From Octopus sinensis (Eukaryota): a DNA stretch of 44,741 nt. A model generated the notes under the pieces. The model did no database searches. It was not told where the DNA came from and saw nothing but the letters and a program-made list of their open reading frames with translations. Location: assembly GCF_006345805.1 (NCBI RefSeq), contig NW_021834895.1, positions 1 through 44,741 on the forward strand, given 5' to 3'. The position numbers and the translations under genes are program-made. Positions 1 through 12,300 of the stretch are shown here, piece after piece. Position 1 is the stretch's first letter, and each line of letters opens with the position of its first letter.

Positions 1-87
1 TATATATATGTGTAATATTACATGTACACTCTCTATATATATACATCTAGACTACATGTATACATATACATGTATACATATACATGT

Positions 88-135
<48 letters not shown>

Positions 136-204
136 ATATTATATATATATATATATACATATATATATCATTATATATACATGTTATATATATGTATATA
201 TATA

Positions 205-470
205 TACATCCATTACATACAATAGAGAGATGCTTTTGTTTCACTTTTAACACGTAATACTGAAATAGTGTAGAAGATGTTGTATTGCTGTGAGCTCGCC
301 CTACCCAAAAAAGTTAAACATTGTTTTTGCCCATGTCACTACATGGACCCTAAGTAAGGCATGTGTAAAATTGAATGAAATTGGTTGTGTAGTTCTCAAG
401 TTTTAGGGATTCACACAACACACACACACACACACTTTCTCAGCATATATTATATATATATTATGTATAT

Positions 471-480
<10 letters not shown>
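205..480 (+). mobile_element. Possible non-autonomous Helentron/Helitron-type (DINE-1/Lep1-like) 3' fragment
   Basis: The order AAAATTGAATGAAATTGGTTGTGTAGTTCTCAAGTTTTAG, (CA)n, ACTTTCTCAGCAT, TATATAGAT resembles the 3' region of DINE-1/Lep1-type elements. Pattern recognition only. Confidence 0.35.
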
Positions 481-516
<36 letters not shown>

Positions 517-598
517 GCTACAATCAAACAATATAAATAAAATATTAGATAAACGACATTCCCCATCATGCACCCTTGCTATATCCCAATTCCTGATC

Positions 599-2402
599 TT
601 GCAAAGCTTAAGAAACAAAAACCCCATCTACAAAGGGAAAGAATTCTGCATTATAGACAAACCCATTTCCAACAAACTAGGTATCGAGCACCTCAGTGAC
701 CCCACACTAAATGAAGAGGTTCACAACATCATACCCCACCAACTGGAATCCACCATCAACACCAGCTGGACCAACATTTGTCACCAAAGTAATCTCTCAA
801 AGAAGACTAGACTGAACTACACATCTAAAAGCACCACCGTTCCATCCTTCTATCATTTAATAAAAAGCCACAAACCCGGACCTAAGGTCAAAATCATACC
901 CTTAGTAACAGGAATTAACGGTCCTTTCAATAAGATCTCTTGGCTCCTCTCTAATCTCCTCAAGCTCTTAGTACACGCATTCCCCGGACACGTCAGCAGC
1001 ACCCACGAAATCTTCACAAGACTCAAATATATCGACCCCCTCCTTACTTAAAACTGACAAATCCCCTTTTAGTTTAGACGTTGTTTCCCTCTACACCTCT
1101 GTTCCCGCTCTCCCAGCCGTCGATATCCTCATAGGCCACATCATGTTCTTACTTCCCCCACATCTCCTTCCCCAACCTCCTTCTTAATCTCTTCCTCCCT
1201 CTCCTGCAACCTCCTCCTCTCCATCATTCCCCTTCATCTTCTCCCACTTCTCATTCCATCAATCTCCACCTCTTCCGCCTCACACCCACAGACATACGAG
1301 ACTTATTAACCATTATAGTTAGTAACGCCTATTTCCAGTATAACGGTGTGATTTACAAACAGACTTCCGGCCTACCTATGGGATTTAGCCTTTCAGGCCT
1401 GCTGGCCATCACGTACATGGATAAGCTAGAACACACAGCACTCAACACCTGCCGCTCGTGCATCTCCTTCTCCAGGTACTTTGATGACATCCTTATCATC
1501 AAGTCCTCCAGGGATGAGGCCATTATCATACACCTGACCTTCAATAATATCGACATAAACATCAAATTCAAGCGTGAACATCCAGTGGAATCCGGAACCC
1601 TCTCTCTACTCAACATTCAACTCAGGATGACAGAGGAAGACTCCATATTTACCAACTTCTACAGAAAACCTGCTAGCAGAAAACTTTTCGTCTAGTACCA
1701 ATCAGCCTTACCCACCATAGCCAAAGCCGCATACGTGAGAAACAAGATTGCACGTATAAACAACAATTGCAGCGAAGTGACCGACAAGCCGTCAACACCA
1801 AGCAGTTCCTCAGAGACCTAACCCTGAATGGCTACCCACCATCCTTAGCCAAACAACGGCGCCTAAAGAACATCAAGGCCAATAAACCCCGGAAGAACTC
1901 TCATACTCCCAATCCGACACTTGCCTTCCTAAAGCACCCACATTTGGATGACAGAACTACTGCAGCGATACAACATGCAGTCCGCGTGGAAGAACTTGAC
2001 ATACAGATAGTGCACACCGGCCCATCTCTGAGAAAAGCTCTGTCTACGAACAAAACCTTTCACTACTCCGAGGAGTGCACATTATCGAAGGGCCTCATCA
2101 ATGACCCTTAAATGTGCTAGAGAACCTATTTTGTATACGTGATCATCTGTGGCAAATGTGGCGCATCCTACATTGGAGGCACAGCAAGAAAACTGCATAT
2201 ACGTAGAAAAGAACATACGCAAGCAGACACTTGCGTGAAGAAACATGAACGGAAGTCCCAGACCCGGGAATTTACAGTGCACATCAGGGCAACACAATGC
2301 AGCAGGGATGACCTTAGAATCTCCGAGGCCATCCTCATACACAAAAGGAAACCAACCATCAACAACAGAAGAGAATTACAAGAAGCTAGTTGGTTGCTAT
2401 AG
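599..2402 (+). pseudogene. PLE reverse transcriptase + GIY-YIG endonuclease, disrupted by stops/frameshifts and a C/T-rich stretch at about 1150-1290
   Basis: ORFs 599-1051, 1348-1695 (QTSGLPMG, RYFDDI), 1767-2111 (LTLNGYP) and 2139-2402 (VYVIICGKCGASYIGGTARKLHIRRKEH, ISEAILIHKRKPTIN). Confidence 0.9.
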
Positions 2403-2469
2403 CAACAACTTCCCGCTCATGTCCACTCCACATACACTCACACACACGCACATCTGCAACATTCGTTAA

Positions 2470-2507
2470 TTTCTTGAGGCTGGGTTCATAACCCCGAAAT
2501 ACAGAAT
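2470..2507 (+). ncRNA. Degenerate minimal type-I hammerhead ribozyme in the PLE pLTR
   Basis: TTC-TTGAGGC-T-GGGTT-CAT-AACCC-C-GAAA-TACA-GAA. Stem II and GAAA are intact; about 4 substitutions from the CUGANGA/NUH consensus. The position downstream of the PLE ORF is as expected. Confidence 0.5.
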
Positions 2508-2620
2508 GCAAGGTAAATCTACATTCAAATATTTGTTTTCTTGTGATTTGCCTTGCTTTTACTTCGCATGTTCTGGCCTTATCCACGATCCTTTATACAA
2601 TACAAACACACACACACACG

Positions 2621-2698
<78 letters not shown>

Positions 2699-2715
2699 AT
2701 AATATATGTATATAA

Positions 2716-2755
<40 letters not shown>

Positions 2756-2983
2756 TATATATATAATACACACATGTAATATATATATATACATACATAT
2801 TACTATATATTACATATATATTGTCCGATGGAAGACTTATATAAATGGCTGAAGATTGGTCAACATTTAAAACTGATGTAATATTTACAATGTTTAATAA
2901 AATAAAGTAGCATGAAAAGATCGTACCAAATTACCGAAGATATACTTGTTGCTTATTTTGATATATATTACACACACACACAC

Positions 2984-3055
<72 letters not shown>

Positions 3056-3084
3056 GTGTGTGTGTGTGCGTGTGTGTGTGTCAG

Positions 3085-3425
3085 AAATGGATAAAGAAAT
3101 TTACTTTCAGAATGACAAGATGACCATAATCAATGACTGATAAATTCATATAGACAAAGCGAATAAGGTAAAGCGACTAGATATTAAAGTCAAAGATTAT
3201 TATGTAAAGAAAACAAATGTGTTGTAATTGTTGTATCGGTTCCAGAAGACACCAAAAGAAATCTCTATGAGAAATAAAGAAAATATTCGAAAAGTAAGAT
3301 CTGAAAATAAGGATAATCAAAACGTGTGTATTGTAGGGTATAACAACAATACAAACAATCCTGGAGGATGAAATACGACTAGGCACTACAAATATACTAC
3401 AAGGAATACTTTTAATACAATAGGA
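3085..3425 (+). mobile_element. Old R4/Dong-like LINE fragment (RLE endonuclease C-terminus)
   Basis: Broken translation IHIDKANKVKRLDIKVKDY...VSVPEDT...LGTTNILQGILLIQ*, homologous to the 8666-9167 fragment. Confidence 0.6.
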
Positions 3426-4462
3426 AAAATTATAAATTGCATCTAATGAAAGCACACGGAATTCCATTCAGCTGTACAGAAAGTTACCATCTTCCTAAAT
3501 AGTTAGAGCGCCACTCTTAGCTTGAACATGCAAACATGTATTTATTGATTAATTCTGGCTTAATAATCGGTTAACAGTTTCGTTCTTTCAATGTATTCTA
3601 TTTTTCACCAATGAGAATCATTCTGTCATTTATCGCTGTGCTCCATGTTTTCATATAATTGTATATGTGTAATGTAGAAAACACAATACCTAAATTGCTA
3701 TCTATGTTTATTTCTTTTCCCCGCCGAAACATGATATACCAATATATAAAGTATGGCATTGATTTTCGATCATTCTCTCCGCAGGGAATCAGATTTCCAT
3801 TTAAAGAACATCATCATACCAAAAACGTTTTAGAAATGAATTCCCGAAAAGGGAGTAGAAATGTCTTAAGCCTGTCTTCTAAATAACATACGCTTATTGA
3901 TTTGGCACTACGCACTCAAATCAAGAATAAATGCGAAACTCTGAAAAAAATCACTCCACAGACACATATTTACATAGAAAATAAACAACCAAGTTAATAT
4001 TTATAATAAAACGGATAAATTTTTTTCTATATTTCTCTCAGTGAAATCTGGGAATAAATAATATTATATTCTGTTGGCTAGTCAAAGTTGCTGTAAGGTA
4101 AAAGGACTTCTCTGCTACTTTTTGTCGTTTTCTTGTTTTATTTTCTTTTCATCGAAAAATTGCATTACTCTAGAAATTTCAATATATTAATACTATTTGA
4201 AAACAGAGATGCTTCTGGGTAATTTGAAGAAATGAATGAATCAGACGACAATTTCTTGTCTTAGAATTACTGAGCGTAGATTTACGATGCACTCAAGTAC
4301 ACTGCTTAAAACTTTACAAATGTTCTATAGGTATGTGTCTGGAAGACGTCCAGATAATGTGATACAGTTATGAAAATGTATATACACATACAATATAAAT
4401 GTATATGTACCTGTATGTATGTATATATGTATGTACATTTGTTGCATACTTGTATGTAAGTA

Positions 4463-4513
<51 letters not shown>

Positions 4514-5149
4514 GCACACATATATCATATATATACATATATATTGTACACACACATATGCACACACATATACACATGTGTGCTTGGGTGGGAGGCATTC
4601 ATTTGCACAGACGTGTGAATGTAATTTCCTTAAGTAGATACCAAACAGAGGTTTAAATAATAATGCTTGTTCGAATCTATAAGATGGCTAACTGGTAAAG
4701 ACTTCCAGCAACAACTACAAGATTCTCGCAACTGTGACGTTGTCTTCCAAGAAACAAGGAATAATAAGAATAAATGAAAGCTATTTGCTAAATAATGGCA
4801 ATGAGCTAACGATCTTAGTCTCTTCTAGAAGTCAGATGCCAAAGGAAACTACTTTGAAGCAGCTTATATTGCTTATAATTCTTACATATATTTAATAATC
4901 TCCATGCTGGTCAAATATCGGAGCTCCAACCAACGTATACGTCTAACTCTTAATATAAGTGGGATCGTAAAGGACATCAAGCTTAACGGAGAGTAGATTT
5001 TGATACTCTGCTGTCGGTCTTCTAAAGATTCACAATACAGATATAATGGACCTAAAAATATTTAAATGCTACGAATAAAAATCATGGCAATTTTGAGTGG
5101 CGTCTCTCGTACAGAGGCTGCAGATTTTAGGTGTTTGATAGAAAGGAGG

Positions 5150-5310
5150 GTATGAATTCAATCAATTGTTAACCCCAGTATTTGACCGGTAATATTATAT
5201 TGACCTTGGACGGGTGAAAGGCAGAGTAAGAAGTTGACATCACCGCTTTACCGATTTTGTTTGCTACAACCATTTTGTTCTCTGATGCTTTACCGATCCT
5301 ACAAATTTAC
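5150..5310 (-). mobile_element. Decayed Nin-domain-type SINE
   Basis: The reverse complement contains TGCCTTTCACCCGTCCAAGGTCAAT...ATTACCGGTCAAATACTGGGG, similar to copies at 38170, 38795 and 42350. Confidence 0.45.
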
Positions 5311-5488
5311 TACCACTTTCTGTAGTAGTAAAGATTGTTTGCCAACATAACATGGCAGTCCTGGTTTAGGTCAGATGCTGCTGTAATTTAGCCCCTGGAG
5401 ACATCGACTCCAACTGGCCATACGACACGATATGTGTCTTTATATTTTCGAGCAAGGGAATCTAGCACCCCAACTCAGCTCAAAACTA

Positions 5489-5533
5489 TCTGTGAATCAC
5501 GATTTCAGGATTATTTCTCTTCATCAGCACAGA
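5489..5533 (-). ncRNA. Minimal type-I hammerhead ribozyme (left arm)
   Basis: Minus strand: TCTGTG-CTGATGA-AGAG-AAATAA-TCCT-GAAA-TCGTGA-T-T-CACAGA. Perfect 6-bp stem I, intact core, near-palindromic stem III, one mismatch in stem II. Confidence 0.8.
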
Positions 5534-5698
5534 ATAATTGTTCAGCTAGAGGTGGCGCTGCCAAATTCCCGTTCAAAATAAATAGTTTTTAAAGTGACAA
5601 ATTATTTTCTAATTTATAGATCAGTGACTAGTTGTCACTTTGAAAAGTATATATTTCGAATGGGAATTTGGCAGCGCCACCTCTACCCGAACAATTAT

Positions 5699-5743
5699 TC
5701 TGTGCTGATGAAGGGAAATAACCCGAAAATCGCGATAGACAGA
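5699..5743 (+). ncRNA. Minimal type-I hammerhead ribozyme (right arm)
   Basis: TCTGTG-CTGATGA-AGGG-AAATAA-CCC-GAAAA-TCGCGAT-A-GACAGA. Palindromic ATCGCGAT stem III, AUA triplet, one mismatch in stem I. Confidence 0.75.
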
Positions 5744-6404
5744 TATTGTTTTGAGCTGGGTGGGGTTGCTAGATTCCCTTGTTCGAAAATATAAGGAAAC
5801 AGATTGTGTCGTATAGCCAGCTGGAGATGATGTCTTCTGGGGCTAAATTACAGCAGCATCCGTCCTAAACCAGGACTGCCATGTTATATTGGCAAACAAT
5901 CTTTACTACAAAGTACTGTTGCTGAATATCTCACGTTGTGAGATTTAAAAATAAAAATAACACTTTCTGTAGTGTTGATATATGTAAACAGGGTTTATGG
6001 TACCAAATCATATTCTTATAATGATTCTCTAAACTCAAAGATGGAATATCAAAACGATTCTCCCGTAAAAAATGAATAAAAACGAAAATAGCAATAAAAC
6101 CAATGAGAAAGAATGGAAAACATGATTGGGTTCTGAAGAAGAAACGAAGAATGCGTCAGCTTCAGAGAAAAAAGTAAAAGGTGACGCAAAAAACAAAGTC
6201 TGTTTTTATTTTCTTTTTGATAAAAGGCATCATGGGAGAATGGTAGTTGCGTTGTTTACTTTTTGCTTTATTCGATATTTTTGGATTCTGGATGTTGTCA
6301 AAAACTGTTTCTCTCCAATGGCTCAAGGAATAAATGTTTTAAGATGCATCCCGAGAATATTTCGAGAAAAAATGTGTTATGTAGAGAGAAAGCTGTATGT
6401 GTGT

Positions 6405-6780
<376 letters not shown>

Positions 6781-7039
6781 GCCTGCTTCTAACAATAACA
6801 CAAAATTACATCCCGTAATATTTATTTCTCCCCTGATTCATTTACAAAATATCTTTTCTCATATTAACATGGAATCAAACTTCTCATAAAAGCACGAAAT
6901 TGTAACATTGAACGCAATCATGTTGGACAAAAGATATATTCTTTTTCTGGATACAATATTTTCTCCGCATTTTGCTTCATTTTATATTTTTCACTACAAT
7001 TAACTACATGGAAAAATATTTTTATTGTACTTTTCACCA

Positions 7040-7060
7040 TATCTATCTATCCATCCATCC

Positions 7061-7150
<90 letters not shown>
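7040..7150. repeat. (ATCT)n microsatellite, 5' flank of LINE copy
   Basis: Direct reading. Confidence 0.95.
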
Positions 7151-7151
<1 letters not shown>

Positions 7152-8228
7152 AACTCGTCTCCATGACCGAACTGCAGTCGTTGATCAAAAAGAGGCCGAG
7201 GAAGGGCGAATGGCACCGCGAGTGTAGCGTTGCTCTCAAGCAACTATGCCGTCTCGGGTCGACCTTGAGTGACTTCAACACAAAGCATTCTATAGGGGAT
7301 TAGTGGAGGGCAGGAACGACGACGATCCCGGGGTGAACCTGGACGTCGACGAGGAATACTTGACCTGTCTGTTCAGGACGATTTTCGGGCCAGGACCCAT
7401 GGAAAACGTCCAGAGATCCCTTGCCTGACAGTGCTACCGAGAAGCGCTACCCGTTCGGAATAAGCTCCACAGACACAGCTCGACAAACACGGTGTCGACC
7501 TGCCCGAGATGCGGTCAGAGCGACGACACCGTTCTGCACGCAATCGTGCAGTGTCCAACAATTTCCGACCTGTAGGCTTATGTCGAACGATTTCTGTCAC
7601 GTGTGGAACGAGTCGTTTTATCAGCCGAGTCTATCGTCAATATGTCACGCCTCCTTTCTTCAAACGGGAAGGAAGAGCTATTTTCATCATTCTTGTGTCT
7701 ATGGCGAAAGAATTTATCTGGTGGAGGCGTCTGAAAGGATTGGAGACAAACAGTTTCCTCTGTGGTCAATCTCTCATCAACTTCTTCAAGTATCACTTGA
7801 AAAGGAAAGTGAGAGTAAAGAGGCAAGTTTTGTCTAGCAAAGGTTTCAAAAAAGATGGGTGAATGTAGCAAGGATGGCACGTATGAATGACGAGCCACCT
7901 TGAGCATAATCATATGAACCCAGAAAATTGAAAACAGAAGGTAACCCACATGCAAACAAATGTGGTAACTTGTAACATTATTGACCGAGGTTACCGTGGT
8001 CATTTCCGTAGGCTTTTCTTTCCACGGATAAACCTTATCTGCTTCCCCATTTACACTTTACATCATGACATTTCTGTGATACACGATCCCTATCGTTTTT
8101 TCCTTTCCTTTTTATGATCCTCTTCATCGAAAACCTACCGCAAAAAGGCTTTTTTCTCCCCCCAAAGAATAGCTCTACTTTGTAATCTGTTCCGTCTGTG
8201 TGCAGCCCTGTGTGGCTAATAAAGAAAC
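7151..8228 (+). mobile_element. 5'-truncated L1-clade (Tx1-like) LINE in (ATCT)n
   Basis: Homologous to 17991-19030: IKKRPRKGEWHREC, CPRCGQSDDTVLHAIVQC, LINFFKYHLKRK. Ends CAGCCCTGTGTGGCTAATAAAGAAAC. Confidence 0.92.
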
Positions 8229-8478
<250 letters not shown>

Positions 8479-8608
8479 AGATGAGTAACCCTCCGACGCA
8501 CTGGCGTCCTATCGAGGTTAGGCGATATATACGCCATCGTGAAACCGGGTTACCGGCCCATCTGAGCCTAGCATGGCTCAAGAAGGAAACATTTATTTAT
8601 ACTGCTAT

Positions 8609-8665
<57 letters not shown>

Positions 8666-8669
<4 letters not shown>

Positions 8670-9167
8670 GGAATATATGCCAACATTATGGAATAACAAC
8701 AGAAAAAAAGATGGTATAGGCACACACCAGAAAAGGTCACAGAAAACGAGAAAGCAACCGTACTCTGGGATATGCCAATACACACAGATAGAGAAATTAA
8801 GGCCAAAAGGTCAGATATAGTTGTCAGAGATCATGAAGAAAGAAACTGCTTTCTAATTGATGTAACAATACCAGCAGATGACAACGTGTCTCTAAAAGAA
8901 ATGGAGAAACTTTCAAAATACAAAAACCTGGAAATAGAGGTAACTCGAATGTGGAATCTGCAATGTGGAAAACAGAAACAATTCCTATCATAATAGGCGC
9001 ATTAGGCATGATAAAAATATTCAGACAAATACATAACAAAAATACCGGGACTTACAAACACATACAGAAAATTGCACTACTAGGCACTGCACACATCCTA
9101 CGCAAAACACTTTCAATACAGTAACCGTCAGCGCATCACAACAAATCACAGCACATACCCAAGGCAC
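8666..9167 (+). mobile_element. R4/Dong-like LINE 3' fragment (RLE endonuclease)
   Basis: YWNICQHYG...WYRHTPEKVTENEKATVLWDMPIHTDREIKAKRSDIVV...LIDVTIPADDNVSLKEMEKLSKYKNL...IGALG...QKIALLGTAHILRK. This is the RLE (PD..D) region, with RPD mutated to RSD. Confidence 0.9.
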
Positions 9168-9175
9168 TCATTATC

Positions 9176-9222
<47 letters not shown>

Positions 9223-9226
9223 CATT

Positions 9227-9780
9227 GAGTGAGAGAGCAGTTCATGCCATCAAAGTGACACTGGGGTAAAATATACGAAGCCCAATATACCCATCATGAC
9301 TACCCGTCTGATAAAGGTACACCAGACACATGCATCACAACCATATGTGCGCGACATGGTGATCTCATATCAAGATAAACAGCACATGACCTTGCAGGTG
9401 GGGCCCACTTAGAATTTTCTTCAGGTTGAGTAGCCCATCCCGCTCAAACGGTCCCTGAATAAGGGTTGTTTAAGGATGTTGAAAGAACCACCCATGTTTC
9501 CAGAGGTGAACTATTCAAACCCCAAAGAATCCCTCTCAACACATGGTTATGATGCTCCCCCACTACTTCTGCTCGTGATCAGAGATGCACATATCGTCAG
9601 GCACTAAGGGACATGCTCAACTGGTTAAGGTCAAACAACTGACAAGCAAATCTGTGGTATTGAGCAGAATATTTGCTGTAGCCCATCTTTTATACCAAGA
9701 CAAAACAATGTACATGATAACACTTCCAATCAGTTAAGATCAGAAGCCATGAGAGCCACTGCCTGGTACTGCATCAGGGC

Positions 9781-9783
<3 letters not shown>
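9227..9783 (-). mobile_element. Non-coding, highly structured element of about 560 bp flanked on both sides by (TAA)n; probable Dong/R4-mobilised SINE-like element or 3' UTR
   Basis: A second copy at 31434-31795 shares the same terminus next to (ATT)n. Many hairpins; their G-U pairs favour the minus strand. No ORF. Confidence 0.75.
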
Positions 9784-9818
<35 letters not shown>

Positions 9819-9840
9819 TATTATTATTATTATTATTATT

Positions 9841-10120
9841 GCATTTGCACAGCTTCTAACGCTGGAGAGGTACTACAGTGTCAGCTGTTCACTATCAGTG
9901 AACTAAAGTAACACCCCTTATTTTTCGAGCACATTTCGGAGTGTTCGAGCGGTTCCAAGCAGTGCTGTTTTCTGCAAACGATCCACCATTATTGCAGCCC
10001 CTATTTGTTCCACGTACTTTTCGATAATTATGCTCACTGTTCCCAGGTACTGCTCCTTTTTCATCCACCACAACTGCTTAACTTCCCAATCTAATCTGTC
10101 ATATCTCTCGACTTTTCATC
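9841..10120 (-). mobile_element. R4/Dong-like LINE 3' end
   Basis: The reverse complement matches 34700-34856 (KVERYDRLDWEVKQLW...KYVEQIGAAIMVDRLQKTALLGTARTLR). The 3' UTR runs into (TAA)n. Confidence 0.85.
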
Positions 10121-10141
10121 ATTATCATTATCATTATCATT

Positions 10142-10214
<73 letters not shown>

Positions 10215-10868
10215 ATTATATGTATATATATATATATGTGTGTGTGTGTCTGTGTGTGTACATAACTACATTGACAAATACATTGTTTGGTCTTTGTATT
10301 GTTTAAATTCCAATCATGGAGCCTTGTTTCTGGGTTGAGGACGGTTCTTTTACTCTTGTGGGAAGAAATTTGAAAAGTGAAAATATAACATTACATGCCA
10401 TGCATTCATGCATATATGTATGCATACACGCACACACACACACTCACATACACACACACCTCATATATATAAGTATAATATATGCATATAGGCAGATATA
10501 TACATGGACACATATACAGATCAGGCATCAACGCACTCGTGCATTCCTACTCAAGCGCGCAGACACAGGCGCACACAAATGTATACATACATGCATACAT
10601 GCATACATACATACATACATACATACATACATACATTGGCATTTAGAGTAACTTACATGTACACATGACCATAACAATATCCATATACCTATATACTTCT
10701 TTCTCTCCCTCTTATATATATATATATGTACACACACATACATACATATATACATATATATATATACAGAGAGAGACATAGACAGAGACAGAGAGACAGG
10801 AAGATAGATAGATAAAGATACATACATACATACATATATACATATATATATATACATACATGCATACA

Positions 10869-10922
<54 letters not shown>

Positions 10923-11707
10923 TATACACACACACTCAGACACATAGATGAAAATATATTCAAACACATGCACACACACACAAACACAGATGCACGCATA
11001 TAGGTACACATATACACACCTAAATGAATTCATGTGTAAGAGGAGGTCTGTGTGCCGGGGTGTGTATAATTAAATTTCGGTGAAATGGTGTTGTTGTGTG
11101 AAGATTTATGTTTTTGCCTTCAGGGATTTTGAGACGCTCAATGTCTATGAGTTGAGTAATGTATGTAAATGTCGTTGTCTACCAAGGAATACATTTTCTT
11201 TGGATATATATGGAAATTATATTACATTCTACTCCTGTGTTTTTTTTTCGTGGCAGAATTATTGATTTGTATTCCCCTGCTTTTCGAATTACTTCATACA
11301 TACATACACACATAAATACATACATACATACGTACATACATACATACATACATACATACATACATACATACATACATACATACATACATACATACATACA
11401 TACTTACATACTTACATACATAATGCACACATGAACGTACATACATACAAACATGCATACATACATGGATGCATACATACATACGTACAGTCATATATAC
11501 ATACACACACATAATACATACATACTTAAATACATACATACATACATACAAAAATACATGAATACATACATAAGTACATTAAGTACATGCATGCAAACTT
11601 ACGTACATACATACAAACATATATATATATATATATATATTTATATCAAAGCATGCATGTATATACGTATATATATATATACATACATGCATACAAAAAC
11701 ACACATT

Positions 11708-11746
<39 letters not shown>

Positions 11747-11880
11747 ACCCGTGCTTAAAGTATGTTTACGTGATTATAGCTGTGTACACAATTTGTCTGT
11801 GCCTCTATGCATGTGAAAGTGTATTTTGTGTGTGTATGTGTGTATTTACGTATGCATGTGTTTGTATGTGTCTACGTTTG

Positions 11881-11911
<31 letters not shown>

Positions 11912-12199
11912 ATTTTTTAACTTACAATTCGAGAATGGAATTTATATGGTGTTATATTATGGGGACAATATATTTCACCGATGTTATTACATTTCTTCCA
12001 TCTTCTTTTGTTGTTTGTTTGTTTGACTAGAAAGGAGATGGCGACTAATAGATTCTGCTTTTCTCATTTATTTATTTTGTTTCTTATTGGAAATAAATTT
12101 CGGGAACACTTGTTGGTGATATAATAGGAATTTCTAAGTAATTTAGCAGTCATCATCGGCATTGATTATATTATTATTTCTTCCTAAACCATTGCAGTA

Positions 12200-12300
<101 letters not shown>

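Larger units (their letters stand above)
545..2600 (+). mobile_element. Penelope-like retroelement (PLE), 5'-truncated and decayed, with 3' pLTR region
   Basis: Collinear ORF fragments carry PLE RT motifs (FYHLIKSHKP, SLDVVSLYTSVP, YKQTSGLPMG, RYFDD, FYRKP), then a GIY-YIG endonuclease. A hammerhead remnant follows. Both flanks are (TA)n. Confidence 0.9.
5325..5960. mobile_element. Palindromic non-coding element: inverted arms of about 277 bp (5325-5600 / 5632-5909) plus a tail of about 50 bp; hammerhead in each arm; probable PLE pLTR derivative
   Basis: The arms are reverse complements (GTAGTAAAGATTGTTTGCCAA...AAGTGACAA / TTGTCACTT...TTGGCAAACAATCTTTACTAC). A 13-bp direct repeat CACTTTCTGTAGT at 5314-5326 and 5961-5973 is a candidate TSD. 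Confidence 0.85.

Noticed and set aside
599-2402. Selenocysteine read-through in the PLE ORF, as in some Naiad elements
   Set aside because: The ORF-ending stops I checked are TAA/TAG, plus frameshifts, consistent with ordinary decay.
2845-2880. CTGAAGA motif as a further hammerhead
   Set aside because: No stem II pairing and no GAAA.
8481-8596. Structured GC-rich island (GTAACCC/GGGTTAC, TGAGCC/GGCTCA) tested as an HDV-like ribozyme
   Set aside because: No catalytic C/J4-2 segment or P2 partner could be placed. More likely a short retroposon 3' fragment.
9227-9480. Plus-strand reading of the structured element as a Dong 5' UTR with an HDV-like or twister ribozyme
   Set aside because: Neither fold could be completed. 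TAA orientation, G-U pairing and the truncation pattern all favour the minus strand.
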